This document shows positions 1 through 7,905 of a stretch of DNA of 64,000 bases, one piece after another. Both the position numbers and the translations under genes were made by a program. The stretch is from a virus (lineage: Duplodnaviria > Caudoviricetes). The notes below the pieces were generated by a model. It saw only the letters and a list, made by a program, of their open reading frames with translations. It did no database searches and had not been told where the DNA came from. Each line of letters opens with the position of its first letter. Position 1 is the stretch's first letter. The stretch lies in the IMG/VR virus record IMGVR_UViG_2926068284_000002, positions 20,745 through 84,744 of that record; one strand, 5' to 3'.

Positions 1-2
1 CC

Positions 3-335
3 GACAACGCCGTCATCGTCAGCCGGCCGTCCCGCTTCGGCAACCCGTTCCTGATCAAGGACGCCATCGAGGCCGAGATGGGCGAGCCCCGCAGCGCCTG
101 CGCCTCCAACTATGCCGACTGGCTGCGGGTCGGCACCGCAGGCGGCTGGTACGAGGAGACGTACCGCGTCGGCCGCCAGGTTTTCGACCGCCGCCGTGTC
201 CTCGACGAGCTGCACACGCTGCGCGGCCGCGACCTCGCCTGTACCTGCCCGCTCCCCGAACCGGGCGAGCCGGACCACTGCCACGCCGCCGTCCTCCTCG
301 ACCTCGCCAACCGCCCCGCCCCTGCTGCCGGGTGA
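3..335 (+). CDS. DUF4326-like phage protein (5' truncated by window)
   Basis: Frame open from position 3: VSRPSRFGNPF ... LRGRDLACTC ... CHAAVL, matching the DUF4326 pattern. Confidence 0.8.
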   Translation, partial: DNAVIVSRPSRFGNPFLIKDAIEAEMGEPRSACASNYADWLRVGTAGGWYEETYRVGRQVFDRRRVLDELHTLRGRDLACTCPLPEPGEPDHCHAAVLLDLANRPAPAAG

Positions 336-361
336 TCCCGGCCCACACCACGGAGACCCAC

Positions 362-592
362 ATGGACGACACCACCGAACACCACTGCACCTGCATCGAC
401 ACCCCCGAGGTCGACGACTCCGGCGAAGTGCTCCACCACTCGTACTGCATGGTCGCCGACGACGAACCGATCTGCGGCGACCGGTACGACGGCGAGGCGT
501 GCGAGCTGGAGCCCGGCCACGACGGTGCCCACTGCGCCGGGAACCTCTGCTGGGACTACGGCCGAGCCGAGCCGACCACTCCCGCCGCCTGA
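362..592 (+). CDS. Small Cys/His-rich hypothetical protein
   Basis: RBS ggag before ATG; CxC, HxxC and C..C...HxGxH motifs. Confidence 0.6.
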   Translation: MDDTTEHHCTCIDTPEVDDSGEVLHHSYCMVADDEPICGDRYDGEACELEPGHDGAHCAGNLCWDYGRAEPTTPAA

Positions 593-655
593 CCCCTGTC
601 TGCTGTGTGGCCGCCCCACCACCGGGGCGGCCCCCAACCCCGGAAGGACCCGACC

Positions 656-946
656 GTGCGCCTGCCGACCGACGTCATCGAAGCCCGCCTCAACCACCTC
701 ATCGACCGAGCCCGACGCCACCGGCTCCTCGAGGAGGAAGCCGACCGGTTCACCACCGAACTCCGCGACCTCGTCCGCCGCCTGGAGGACGAGGAAGACG
801 CCAGCCGCCGACTCCTCGTCCAGCGGCAGGAGATGGCCGCAGAACGCTGGGCGTGGCAGGAGCGCGGCGACCGCGCCCAGGCCCGTGTCCGCGAGCTGGA
901 GGCCGAGGGGGCCCGCCTGACCGCCGGGCGCGCGCCCACCACCTGA
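656..946 (+). CDS. Coiled-coil hypothetical protein
   Basis: GTG after aagga RBS; E/R-rich heptads. Confidence 0.6.
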   Translation: MRLPTDVIEARLNHLIDRARRHRLLEEEADRFTTELRDLVRRLEDEEDASRRLLVQRQEMAAERWAWQERGDRAQARVRELEAEGARLTAGRAPTT

Positions 947-959
947 CCCCGGACACACC

Positions 960-990
960 GCAGCCCCCACCCAGACGGGTGGGGGCCGCT
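960..990. terminator. Hairpin between convergent genes
   Basis: gcccccaccc-agac-gggtgggggc inverted repeat. Confidence 0.6.
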
Positions 991-1003
991 TCGCGCGTGG
1001 GGT

Positions 1004-1879
1004 TCACCGGCGCCAGACGTTGACCCTCTCCGTCGACAGCAACGGAGCCCCCTCCGGGCCCTTCATATGCGCCGGCACCCACGTCTGGCGGCGCAACGAC
1101 CGCTCCGGTCCGTAAGCCTGGTTCCGCCAGTGACCGGACACGATCCACCGGTTCCTGTACGTCCGCTGATCCGTACCGGCGTCCGGGTCACGGTCCTGCG
1201 GGGTGTACTGGCGGCGCAGGTCCACAATGCTCACCTCGGGGGCAGGCTGGCCGTCCCGGGCGTAGGCGCGTGCGGTCGGCTTGTCCGCGCGCTCTTGGGT
1301 CCGGTCGATGAGGAGCGGCTGCTGCATCATCAGCCAGGCGGCAGCGAGCGCGGCCACAACGGGCTGCGGCAGACCCGGGTCGAGGTCCGCCAGAGACAGT
1401 GGCTCGCTGGTCACGGGAAGCGTCGCGCCATAGATCGGAATCAGGGGCGGGACTTGATCCTCAACGATTTCGAAGTGCCCGCGGCGCGCCGTTTCCGCAG
1501 AGAGCCGGGCACGGGACATCAGCAACCAGAGCAGCATCCCGCCCTCGCATGGACCCCAAGCGCACGCCTCAACGGGGATCTGCACCCCCTGCGCATCGAT
1601 ATGCCCGATGCCGTCCTGCCAGTACAGCAGCCCGCACGCCGATGGCCGATCTGCTGTTGCCCACCGGGCCGCAGCAAGCTGCGCCCCGGAATGGACGGCG
1701 AGAGCAGCCATGTCCTGGCCAACCCAGAACAGGTTGGCCTCTTCAAGGCTGAGGGTGAGCGCGTCAAGGCCGGACTTGGTTGCTGCGCTGGTTTTTGATC
1801 GGAGATGTGACTCCGGATCGTTCAGGAAACGCAGCGTCTGGCGCCGCACCTTCGGCATCTGTGAGGGCCGCATCGTCAC
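1004..1879 (-). CDS. Hypothetical phage protein with C-terminal RWIVSGHWRNQ motif
   Basis: 291-aa ORF translationally coupled to the upstream HTH gene. Confidence 0.7.
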   Translation of the reverse strand: MTMRPSQMPKVRRQTLRFLNDPESHLRSKTSAATKSGLDALTLSLEEANLFWVGQDMAALAVHSGAQLAAARWATADRPSACGLLYWQDGIGHIDAQGVQIPVEACAWGPCEGGMLLWLLMSRARLSAETARRGHFEIVEDQVPPLIPIYGATLPVTSEPLSLADLDPGLPQPVVAALAAAWLMMQQPLLIDRTQERADKPTARAYARDGQPAPEVSIVDLRRQYTPQDRDPDAGTDQRTYRNRWIVSGHWRNQAYGPERSLRRQTWVPAHMKGPEGAPLLSTERVNVWRR

Positions 1880-2307
1880 GAAGCGCCCTTGTCGCTATCC
1901 GGCTGCGGGTAGGCGATGGCGAGGCCCGGCACGTCCTGTGCGATACGGGCGACGACCGCTCTGTGCCAGGACGCGGGGAACGGGATCTCGGGGTGCGCGG
2001 CGTGGTACTCGGCATCCGTCCGGTACGTGAACACCCCGGGGTCGGGGACGTCGAGGAGCTTGCTGACGACGCCCGAGATGAACGCCGCGGTCCGGGCCTC
2101 CAGGTCTTCCATTTCCAGGCGCACCCCGTCCGGGATGGCGTACTTGCCGGCCTCCCAGTGCCGGACCGTCCGGGCGGACACTTTGAGGTGATCGGCCAGC
2201 GCCTCGGGGGTGAACCCCAGGTACTCGCGGACGACCCGGAGTTCGGCGTCCGTCATCCGCTCGTCCTCGGGCATGCCGGGCGGGTCGGTATAGGCGGGGC
2301 TGGTCAT
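1876..2307 (-). CDS. Aca2/YdiL (DUF1870)-like HTH regulator
   Basis: MTDAELRVVREYLGFTPEALADHLKVSARTVRHWEAGKYAIP HTH, followed by a C-terminal Y...W.RAVVAR region as in the Aca2/YdiL family. Confidence 0.7.
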   Translation of the reverse strand: MTSPAYTDPPGMPEDERMTDAELRVVREYLGFTPEALADHLKVSARTVRHWEAGKYAIPDGVRLEMEDLEARTAAFISGVVSKLLDVPDPGVFTYRTDAEYHAAHPEIPFPASWHRAVVARIAQDVPGLAIAYPQPDSDKGAS

Positions 2308-2374
2308 CGTGAAGCCTTCCGGTTACGAAGTGTGGCCCCCAGCCGGTAGCTGGGGGCCAGGCGGCGGTGTGGTG

Positions 2375-2890
2375 TCAGTCGTCGTTGGTGTGGGTGTGCC
2401 GGTCCAGCTCGGCTGCCATCTTCGTCAGCTCCTCGATCCCCTGCGCGTAGGCAATCTTGGCGGCCTCGACCGTGTCGTAGGGGGTGGTCTCGCTGAAGGA
2501 GTCCCCGTCCCACACGGTGACGAGCCGGTGGTCGCGGATGACGCCGCAGGTCGCTTTCCGGCAGTCGTCCTCGCACTCCTCGGCGTCGCCCCATGCCTCG
2601 TAGTCCGCCGGTGTCCAGTGCGCGGCCAGGGCGGCGACTGCGGAGTTACGGACGTGCTCGCAACCGGACTTCTTGCCGCCGCAGTACGTGCCTGCCGGGG
2701 AGAAGCGGATGGCGGGCCCGTCGGTGAGGGCGAGGGTGGTGGCGGTGGTGGCGGTGGTGTCGACGTTGTAGAGGGTGCCCTCGACCCAGAGGCCGCCGGT
2801 CCAGTCCAGGGGGCCTTCGGCGGCGTCTTCGGCGGTGGCCGGCTGGTGGGTGTTCATCAGGTAGGCGAGCGAGGAAGAGCTGGTGATCAT
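2375..2890 (-). CDS. Hypothetical protein with SWIM-like zinc finger
   Basis: RBS ggaaggaa; YCGGKKSGCEHV plus additional Cys residues. Confidence 0.6.
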   Translation of the reverse strand: MITSSSSLAYLMNTHQPATAEDAAEGPLDWTGGLWVEGTLYNVDTTATTATTLALTDGPAIRFSPAGTYCGGKKSGCEHVRNSAVAALAAHWTPADYEAWGDAEECEDDCRKATCGVIRDHRLVTVWDGDSFSETTPYDTVEAAKIAYAQGIEELTKMAAELDRHTHTNDD

Positions 2891-2949
2891 GTCCGGTTCC
2901 TTCCGGGTGAGCCCGGGGCTGTTCCCCGGGCTGGGGTGGGTGGTGTGAC

Positions 2950-3465
2950 TCAGAGGGCGGCGGTGGCGGTACGGATGCCAGCGATGACGGCGGACCAGAC
3001 CTCGTCGCGGGAGGCGACGCGGGACTCGTCGTACCCGAACCGGCCGTGGATCTTGCCGTCTGCGGAGTCGAACCACACCTTGTCGATCGAGCCGAGGAGC
3101 TTGTACGCCTGGGAGTTCGAGATGCCCTCGCCCTGGTAGGAGGCGGAGGAGATGTTCCCGGTGTTGTAGTGGGTGGTCTCGATGCCGGCGAAGGCGGCCC
3201 AGTTGTTGATGTAGACGCGGTCCATGCCGTTGCGCTGCCACCGGTTTCCGCCGATCGCGACCATCGTCTCGATGGAGTAGACGATCGGGCGGGCGGTGCG
3301 CTTCATGGCGCCGATGGCAATGCGGCGGGCAAGGGAGGTGGTGTCGATGATCCACCGGCCGGCGGTCTTGGTGGCGGCGATGACACCGCGGCGGGCCCAG
3401 GTGCGGATGGTTGCGACGGTGACGTTCGCGGTCTGGGCGGCCTTAGCGGCAGTGGTGGTGTTCAT
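2950..3465 (-). CDS. MerR/excisionase-type HTH fused to unknown domain
   Basis: N-terminus TAAKAAQTANVTVATIRTWARRGVIAATKTAGRWII. Confidence 0.75.
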   Translation of the reverse strand: MNTTTAAKAAQTANVTVATIRTWARRGVIAATKTAGRWIIDTTSLARRIAIGAMKRTARPIVYSIETMVAIGGNRWQRNGMDRVYINNWAAFAGIETTHYNTGNISSASYQGEGISNSQAYKLLGSIDKVWFDSADGKIHGRFGYDESRVASRDEVWSAVIAGIRTATAAL

Positions 3466-3518
3466 CGCCGGGTCCTTCCGGTGGGGTCTGGGGCTGTTCC
3501 CCTGACCTCATGACAACA

Positions 3519-3548
3519 ACAGTAGCTTCCAGATCTGGAAGCTGGCAA
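3519..3548 (-). promoter_or_regulatory. Sigma70-type promoter with perfect 20-bp palindromic operator
   Basis: Minus strand TTGCCA-18 nt-TACTGT; palindrome AGCTTCCAGATCTGGAAGCT at 3524-3543 fills the spacer. Confidence 0.8.
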
Positions 3549-3646
3549 GGGGTGTCACCCAAAAGAGTGAGAACCCATCAGAAAACCCAGCTCACAGCCC
3601 TAAACCTGCCAAGCTCACCCCGCCCAGACCCCAACCAGGAGCCCTC

Positions 3647-3895
3647 ATGACCCCCTACGCCGAGCTCGCCCAGCACCTCGACACTGCCCTCGCCGACGAC
3701 CCCACCCCGCAAGCCGCCGCACACCGCGCAGCCATCACCACCTGTACCCAGCTCCTCGACATGGGCCACCCCGAAGACGACCCGCTCGTCACCAGGTACC
3801 GGGAAGGCATCCTCGGCGGCATCCTCACGCCCATCGCCACCCTCTACGCCCACACCCCCGGCTTCCCCACCGCATGGCGGCACGCCGGTAGCTGA
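3647..3895 (+). CDS. Hypothetical protein
   Basis: aggag RBS; 82-aa ORF. Confidence 0.6.
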   Translation: MTPYAELAQHLDTALADDPTPQAAAHRAAITTCTQLLDMGHPEDDPLVTRYREGILGGILTPIATLYAHTPGFPTAWRHAGS

Positions 3896-3979
3896 GGCCA
3901 CACCAAAGCCGCGCCACCTGGCGACCGCCGAGGAGGAAACCGCTGACAGGGCGGCCGAGGCTGCGGTAAATATGCGCCC

Positions 3980-4597
3980 ATGCCTGTCACCGCACTAGAT
4001 GCAGCCACAGATGTCCTTACCCGAGCCCGTCAGCTCATGGCTCTGGATGCTGCGCCCACCCCGGCCGCTACTCGCGAAGACATCAGACGTGCCGCCCTAG
4101 CCCTCGGCGTCGCAGCCGTCGACACATACATGCACTGGGCTATTCGCAAAGTCGCCTTCGCTGACCCTCTGCCCAAGGAACTGGCCAGACTTGAAGTCCC
4201 CTTTGGGGCCATGCTGGACATCGCGAACGCCTCGGTCGAGGCGCGCAAGCAGGGCATAGCCCACCGCCCTCAGGTGAAGGCCCGAAACGTCATGAACGAG
4301 AAGCTCCTCACCATGACGTTTCAGTCCCCAGCCGGCGTCGAGCGAGGCCTGCAGATGCTGGGTATCTCGAAGTGCTGGGCAAAGCTGTCCGCCGCCATCC
4401 AGCCTCAGGCCACAACAACGGACCTGAAGGCACGGCTGGGGCAGATCGCGCACCGCCGCAACAAGATCGTGCACGAGGGAGATTTGGCCCGCCAAGACAG
4501 GCCCCGGGAAGTTAAACGGGAGACCATCAGTGCAAAGGAAGTCCACGACGACCTCAACTGGATTGAATCTTTCATTAAGGCCCTGGCCTCCCTTTGA
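3980..4597 (+). CDS. HEPN-domain protein (RiboL-PSP-HEPN-like)
   Basis: R-x4-H motif RNKIVH near the C-terminus of a helical protein; visibly lower GC than neighbours. Confidence 0.7.
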   Translation: MPVTALDAATDVLTRARQLMALDAAPTPAATREDIRRAALALGVAAVDTYMHWAIRKVAFADPLPKELARLEVPFGAMLDIANASVEARKQGIAHRPQVKARNVMNEKLLTMTFQSPAGVERGLQMLGISKCWAKLSAAIQPQATTTDLKARLGQIAHRRNKIVHEGDLARQDRPREVKRETISAKEVHDDLNWIESFIKALASL

Positions 4598-4601
4598 AAC
4601 C

Positions 4602-4640
4602 CAAAGCGCCCCTGCCCGCCGTAGCGGGAGGGGCGCTTCG
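4602..4640. terminator. Bidirectional terminator-like hairpin
   Basis: aagcgcccct...aggggcgctt between convergent genes. Confidence 0.65.
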
Positions 4641-4650
4641 CGTTGGCGTG

Positions 4651-5058
4651 TCAGCGGGGGAGCGCCTCGTCGAGGTACTCCTGCACGGGCCCGAACAGCC
4701 CATACGGCACGTACTCCGGGATCTCCCCGTGCCCGATCCACGCCACTGCGGCAATCTCCTCAGCGTCCCCGACGACCGCATCCCCGGAGATCAGCTCGCA
4801 CGCCACATACGACATCGGCACCCCAGTCTGCGGGTGCACCCGGTCACCCAGGACCCGGGCAGCCTTAACCTCCAGGCCGACCTCCTCCGCCGTCTCCCGC
4901 ACCGCAGCCTGCTCCGGGGACTCCCCTGCCTCGATGCCGCCGCCAGGGAACGCCCACAGCAGCTTCCCCTCCCGCTGCCGCCGCCGGATCATCAGCACCC
5001 TCCCGCCGTCGACGATGATCGCCGTGGAGACGGGGGGCTGGACACTCTGCTCGGTCAC
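4651..5058 (-). CDS. Nudix hydrolase (pSAM2 Pif/MutT-like)
   Basis: Canonical Nudix box GGGIEAGESPEQAAVRETAEEVGL. Confidence 0.9.
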   Translation of the reverse strand: MTEQSVQPPVSTAIIVDGGRVLMIRRRQREGKLLWAFPGGGIEAGESPEQAAVRETAEEVGLEVKAARVLGDRVHPQTGVPMSYVACELISGDAVVGDAEEIAAVAWIGHGEIPEYVPYGLFGPVQEYLDEALPR

Positions 5059-5693
5059 GCTGCCTCCAAGGCACTCAAGATCGGCGGGTAGATGTTCTCG
5101 GCCGGGATGAAACGGGTCAGGCTGGCGAGGGGCACCCAGGCGACGTCCATGTTCTCGACCGCGTCCAGGTTGCTGGCCTCGCCGGCGAGATAGTCGCAGA
5201 GGACGTAGCTGGCCAGCACCCGGGTTTTCGGGTGGACCCGTGTGCCGAGCTCCTCGCGGACCGCGACGTGCACCCCGGTCTCCGCGTGGGTTTCCTGCAC
5301 CGCTACCGACGCCGCGGCGGCGCCCGGCTTGCACATCCCGGCCGGGAACTGCCAGGACAGGTTGTCGTCGCCGCGCCGGCACACCAGGAGCACCTCGGTG
5401 CCGCGCAGCACCACGGCGATAGCAACCCGGAGCGCCTGCGTCTCCGCCTCGGCAGGCTCCTCGGGCGGGCGGGACAGGAGGGTGAAGCGGCGTCTCACGT
5501 GTTCGTTGGCCCTCTCGTAGGTGGTGTCGAGGGCCTGCTGCATCTCGGTGCGCGGCACGATCTCCGGGTTCCTGTGCCAGCCGGCAACGGTGCGAACCGC
5601 CACCCCGAGCTTCGCGGCGAAGCCCTCGTTCGTCATGCGGAGCGCGGCCTGCAAGGCGCAGGCGGTGCGGCCGGTCCACGTGGTGACGTTCAC
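5055..5693 (-). CDS. XRE-HTH fused to degenerate Nudix domain
   Basis: N-terminal HTH (MTNEGFAAKLGVAVRTVAGWH); Nudix-like FPAGMCKPG...AVQETHAETGV. Confidence 0.8.
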   Translation of the reverse strand: MNVTTWTGRTACALQAALRMTNEGFAAKLGVAVRTVAGWHRNPEIVPRTEMQQALDTTYERANEHVRRRFTLLSRPPEEPAEAETQALRVAIAVVLRGTEVLLVCRRGDDNLSWQFPAGMCKPGAAAASVAVQETHAETGVHVAVREELGTRVHPKTRVLASYVLCDYLAGEASNLDAVENMDVAWVPLASLTRFIPAENIYPPILSALEAA

Positions 5694-5845
5694 TATCCGG
5701 CTCCCCGGGTCGTGGCGCTGCGGTTCTGCATCACTGCTGCACTGCTACTGCACTAGGGGCCGATCCGGTGCACTGCCACCGCACTGGAAGCTCATCGCCC
5801 GGTAAGCCGGCCGCCAGTTGACTTGAGGGCATGGAGATCAGCCGT

Positions 5846-6085
5846 TCACCTGGAAGCCCGCGAGATCTGCTCCGCTCTGGAGCCGGTCACCCCAAGCAGG
5901 TCGCCGACCTGCTGCCAGGAGCGCCCTTCGTGGAGGCTCCGGGCGATCTCGGCCTTCACGTCCTTGAGGTCGCCGCCGAGTTGCAGTTCGAGCTTTTTGA
6001 CCGCCTGGTACCGCTCGACGTCGTCGCTGATCTCTTTGATGGCTGCGATCAGCGATGTCGCGCGCGCTTCCAGGGTGTCGGTCAT
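5846..6085 (-). CDS. Small HTH repressor (Kor-like position)
   Basis: C-terminal SWQQVGDLLGVTGSRAEQI HTH; divergent from the transfer operon. Confidence 0.7.
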   Translation of the reverse strand: MTDTLEARATSLIAAIKEISDDVERYQAVKKLELQLGGDLKDVKAEIARSLHEGRSWQQVGDLLGVTGSRAEQISRASR

Positions 6086-6116
6086 GGAATGAGAGTAGGG
6101 GCCAATCCGGGCCACT

Positions 6117-6184
6117 TCAAGCAGTTGCTTGACGCGGGCCGGATGGGGGCCTACTGTCTAACTCAGCACTCCAAGCACCGCTTG
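6117..6184 (+). promoter_or_regulatory. Transfer-operon promoter with two palindromic operators
   Basis: TTGACG (6129-6134)-17 nt-TACTGT (6152-6157); TCAAGCA-GT-TGCTTGA at 6117-6132 and CAAGC-ACC-GCTTG at 6172-6184. Confidence 0.75.
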
Positions 6185-6308
6185 AAGCGCCGTTCACTCC
6201 TACCGGGCATGCCCGCGAACGGCGCGACAACAAAAACGGGCCGGACGCCAGCGACTCCTACATCGCGCAGCATCCGACCCTCACCGCCAAGGTCCTAAGG
6301 AGACCCCG

Positions 6309-6488
6309 ATGGCTGTGCAGAACTCTACCGTCGAGCGTCCGACGCTCCACGACCTGTCCCCGGCTGACATCGCCGCCCATGAGGCTGCGTCTTATGTCCG
6401 CCGGGCGGTGACCCCGACCCGCGAGTCGGTCACCCTCCCCGCCGAGACCCCGGCTCGCCGCCGGCTGATCGCTCTCCGGCGTCTCTGA
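6309..6488 (+). CDS. Small hypothetical protein (59 aa, not in ORF track)
   Basis: aaggag RBS; MAVQNSTVERPTL...; TGATG coupling to the next ORF. Confidence 0.55.
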   Translation: MAVQNSTVERPTLHDLSPADIAAHEAASYVRRAVTPTRESVTLPAETPARRRLIALRRL

Positions 6489-6625
6489 TGCCCGCCGACG
6501 ACCAGCCTCGCGACAACAAGGTCGTTTCCGAGCCGGCCACTCCGGAGGCTTGCCGCCGCGATTACCAGGCTGGTGCGAGTACTCGGGCTGCGATGGCCCG
6601 GCAGGAAGCCCGCCGCCGCAAGTAG
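6488..6625 (+). CDS. Small hypothetical protein (45 aa, not in ORF track)
   Basis: TGATG-coupled; MPADDQPRDNKVVSEPATPEACRRDY...; followed by a hairpin at about 6640-6685. Confidence 0.5.
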   Translation: MPADDQPRDNKVVSEPATPEACRRDYQAGASTRAAMARQEARRRK

Positions 6626-6729
6626 CACCCCACAGTCCGCCGCTCCCGCCCGGTGTCACCCCCCGTCCCGGGCGGGAGCGGCTCCCCACCCCACTTCTTC
6701 ATCCCACCACTCACTCGAAGGGCACCTCC

Positions 6730-7032
6730 ATGTCTCCGTTCGTTTCGTCCGTGACCAGCCTCCTGTCCGCCGATCTCGCCTCGGTGTCCGCCGAGATCCA
6801 CAACTTGCGGGCGGCGCTCCTCACCTCCGACGTGCAGGTGACGTGGGAGGAGGCGGAGGGCCTCACCCCGGGGGAGATCGTCACCCGGTACGTGGCGGCC
6901 CGGGGTGATTACGGCACCCAGTACTGGCTGCGGGGCCTGGCCGTCGAGCACGACGCGGGGCAGCCGTTCGGGTCGCGGCTCGTGGACGAGCTCGACCAGC
7001 TCGACGGGCGCACCGAGCCGGCTGCGGCCTGA
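6730..7032 (+). CDS. Hypothetical protein
   Basis: gaaggg RBS; MSPFVSSV... in the operon direction. Confidence 0.6.
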   Translation: MSPFVSSVTSLLSADLASVSAEIHNLRAALLTSDVQVTWEEAEGLTPGEIVTRYVAARGDYGTQYWLRGLAVEHDAGQPFGSRLVDELDQLDGRTEPAAA

Positions 7033-7122
7033 CTCCCGGCCTGCCCTGTCGTCCCCAACCCCGCGGTTGGTGGCGGCGGAGTGGCCCGGATTCACCCGGA
7101 CCCGAACCCAGGAGAGAAACCC

Positions 7123-7287
7123 ATGGCCCGCAAGATCACCGAGTCCTTCATTCCCTGTGCCCCCGGCCCCCGGTTCACCGTCGATGGCGCCCACCCGTGG
7201 GACCACCACTCCACCCGGGAGGACGCCGAGAAGCAGGCCGCCGAACTCGACGCGAAGGACGCCGCCGAGGCGGAGGGGCAGAGCTGA
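7123..7287 (+). CDS. Small hypothetical protein
   Basis: aggaga RBS; coupled to the next gene. Confidence 0.55.
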   Translation: MARKITESFIPCAPGPRFTVDGAHPWDHHSTREDAEKQAAELDAKDAAEAEGQS

Positions 7288-7667
7288 TGCCCGCCGTCAC
7301 GATCGTGTCGTTCGGGTTTCTGCACGGTGACCCGCCGCCCGCGCACCTGACCGTTGACCTGAGGCAGCACTTCCGGGACCCGCACGTGTCCCCGGGACTG
7401 CGGCACATGACCGCCCTGGACGAGCCGGTGCAGCAGGCGGTGCTCGGCACCCCCGGCATCACCGGGCTCGTCACGGCGGTCGCCGCAGCGGTGGACGCGT
7501 TCACCGCGGGCCCCAGCGCCGGGCCGGTGACTGTGGCCGATGGGTGTGCGGGCGGCCGGCACAGGGCCCCCGTTTTCGCCCAGGCGCTCGCTGACCAGCT
7601 GACTGCTGCCGGGCACACCGTCACCGTTCAGCACCGCGACCTGCACCGACCCGTCGTCAACCGATAG
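7287..7667 (+). CDS. RapZ C-terminal domain-like protein
   Basis: IVSFGFLHG...DLRQHFRDP...GCAGGRHRA...HRDL motifs. Confidence 0.85.
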   Translation: MPAVTIVSFGFLHGDPPPAHLTVDLRQHFRDPHVSPGLRHMTALDEPVQQAVLGTPGITGLVTAVAAAVDAFTAGPSAGPVTVADGCAGGRHRAPVFAQALADQLTAAGHTVTVQHRDLHRPVVNR

Positions 7668-7681
7668 AGGAGAACGAACCC

Positions 7682-7885
7682 ATGAGCGACCAGCCCACCG
7701 CGCAGACCGTCGGCACCCACGCCCTGGCCAAGGCCGTCGAGTACGCCGACAAGGCCCACGCCCACACCGTCAGCGCCTACGGGGAGCGGGCGTTCAACGA
7801 GGCGAAGGTCGCCGAGAACATCCGCTTCGCCCAGCTCTACGCCGACATCGCCAAGGCCGCCGGCCTCCTCGCGAACAACACCTGA
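7682..7885 (+). CDS. Hypothetical protein
   Basis: gaggag RBS; 67 aa. Confidence 0.6.
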   Translation: MSDQPTAQTVGTHALAKAVEYADKAHAHTVSAYGERAFNEAKVAENIRFAQLYADIAKAAGLLANNT

Positions 7886-7905
7886 CCAGGAAGGACACCG
7901 CCCCA

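Noticed and set aside
2915-2940. Solitary type I-E CRISPR repeat (Racr)-like sequence CTGTTCCCCGGGCTGGGG
   Set aside because: Only a short partial resemblance, on the strand opposite the operon; better explained as the repeated leader hairpin.
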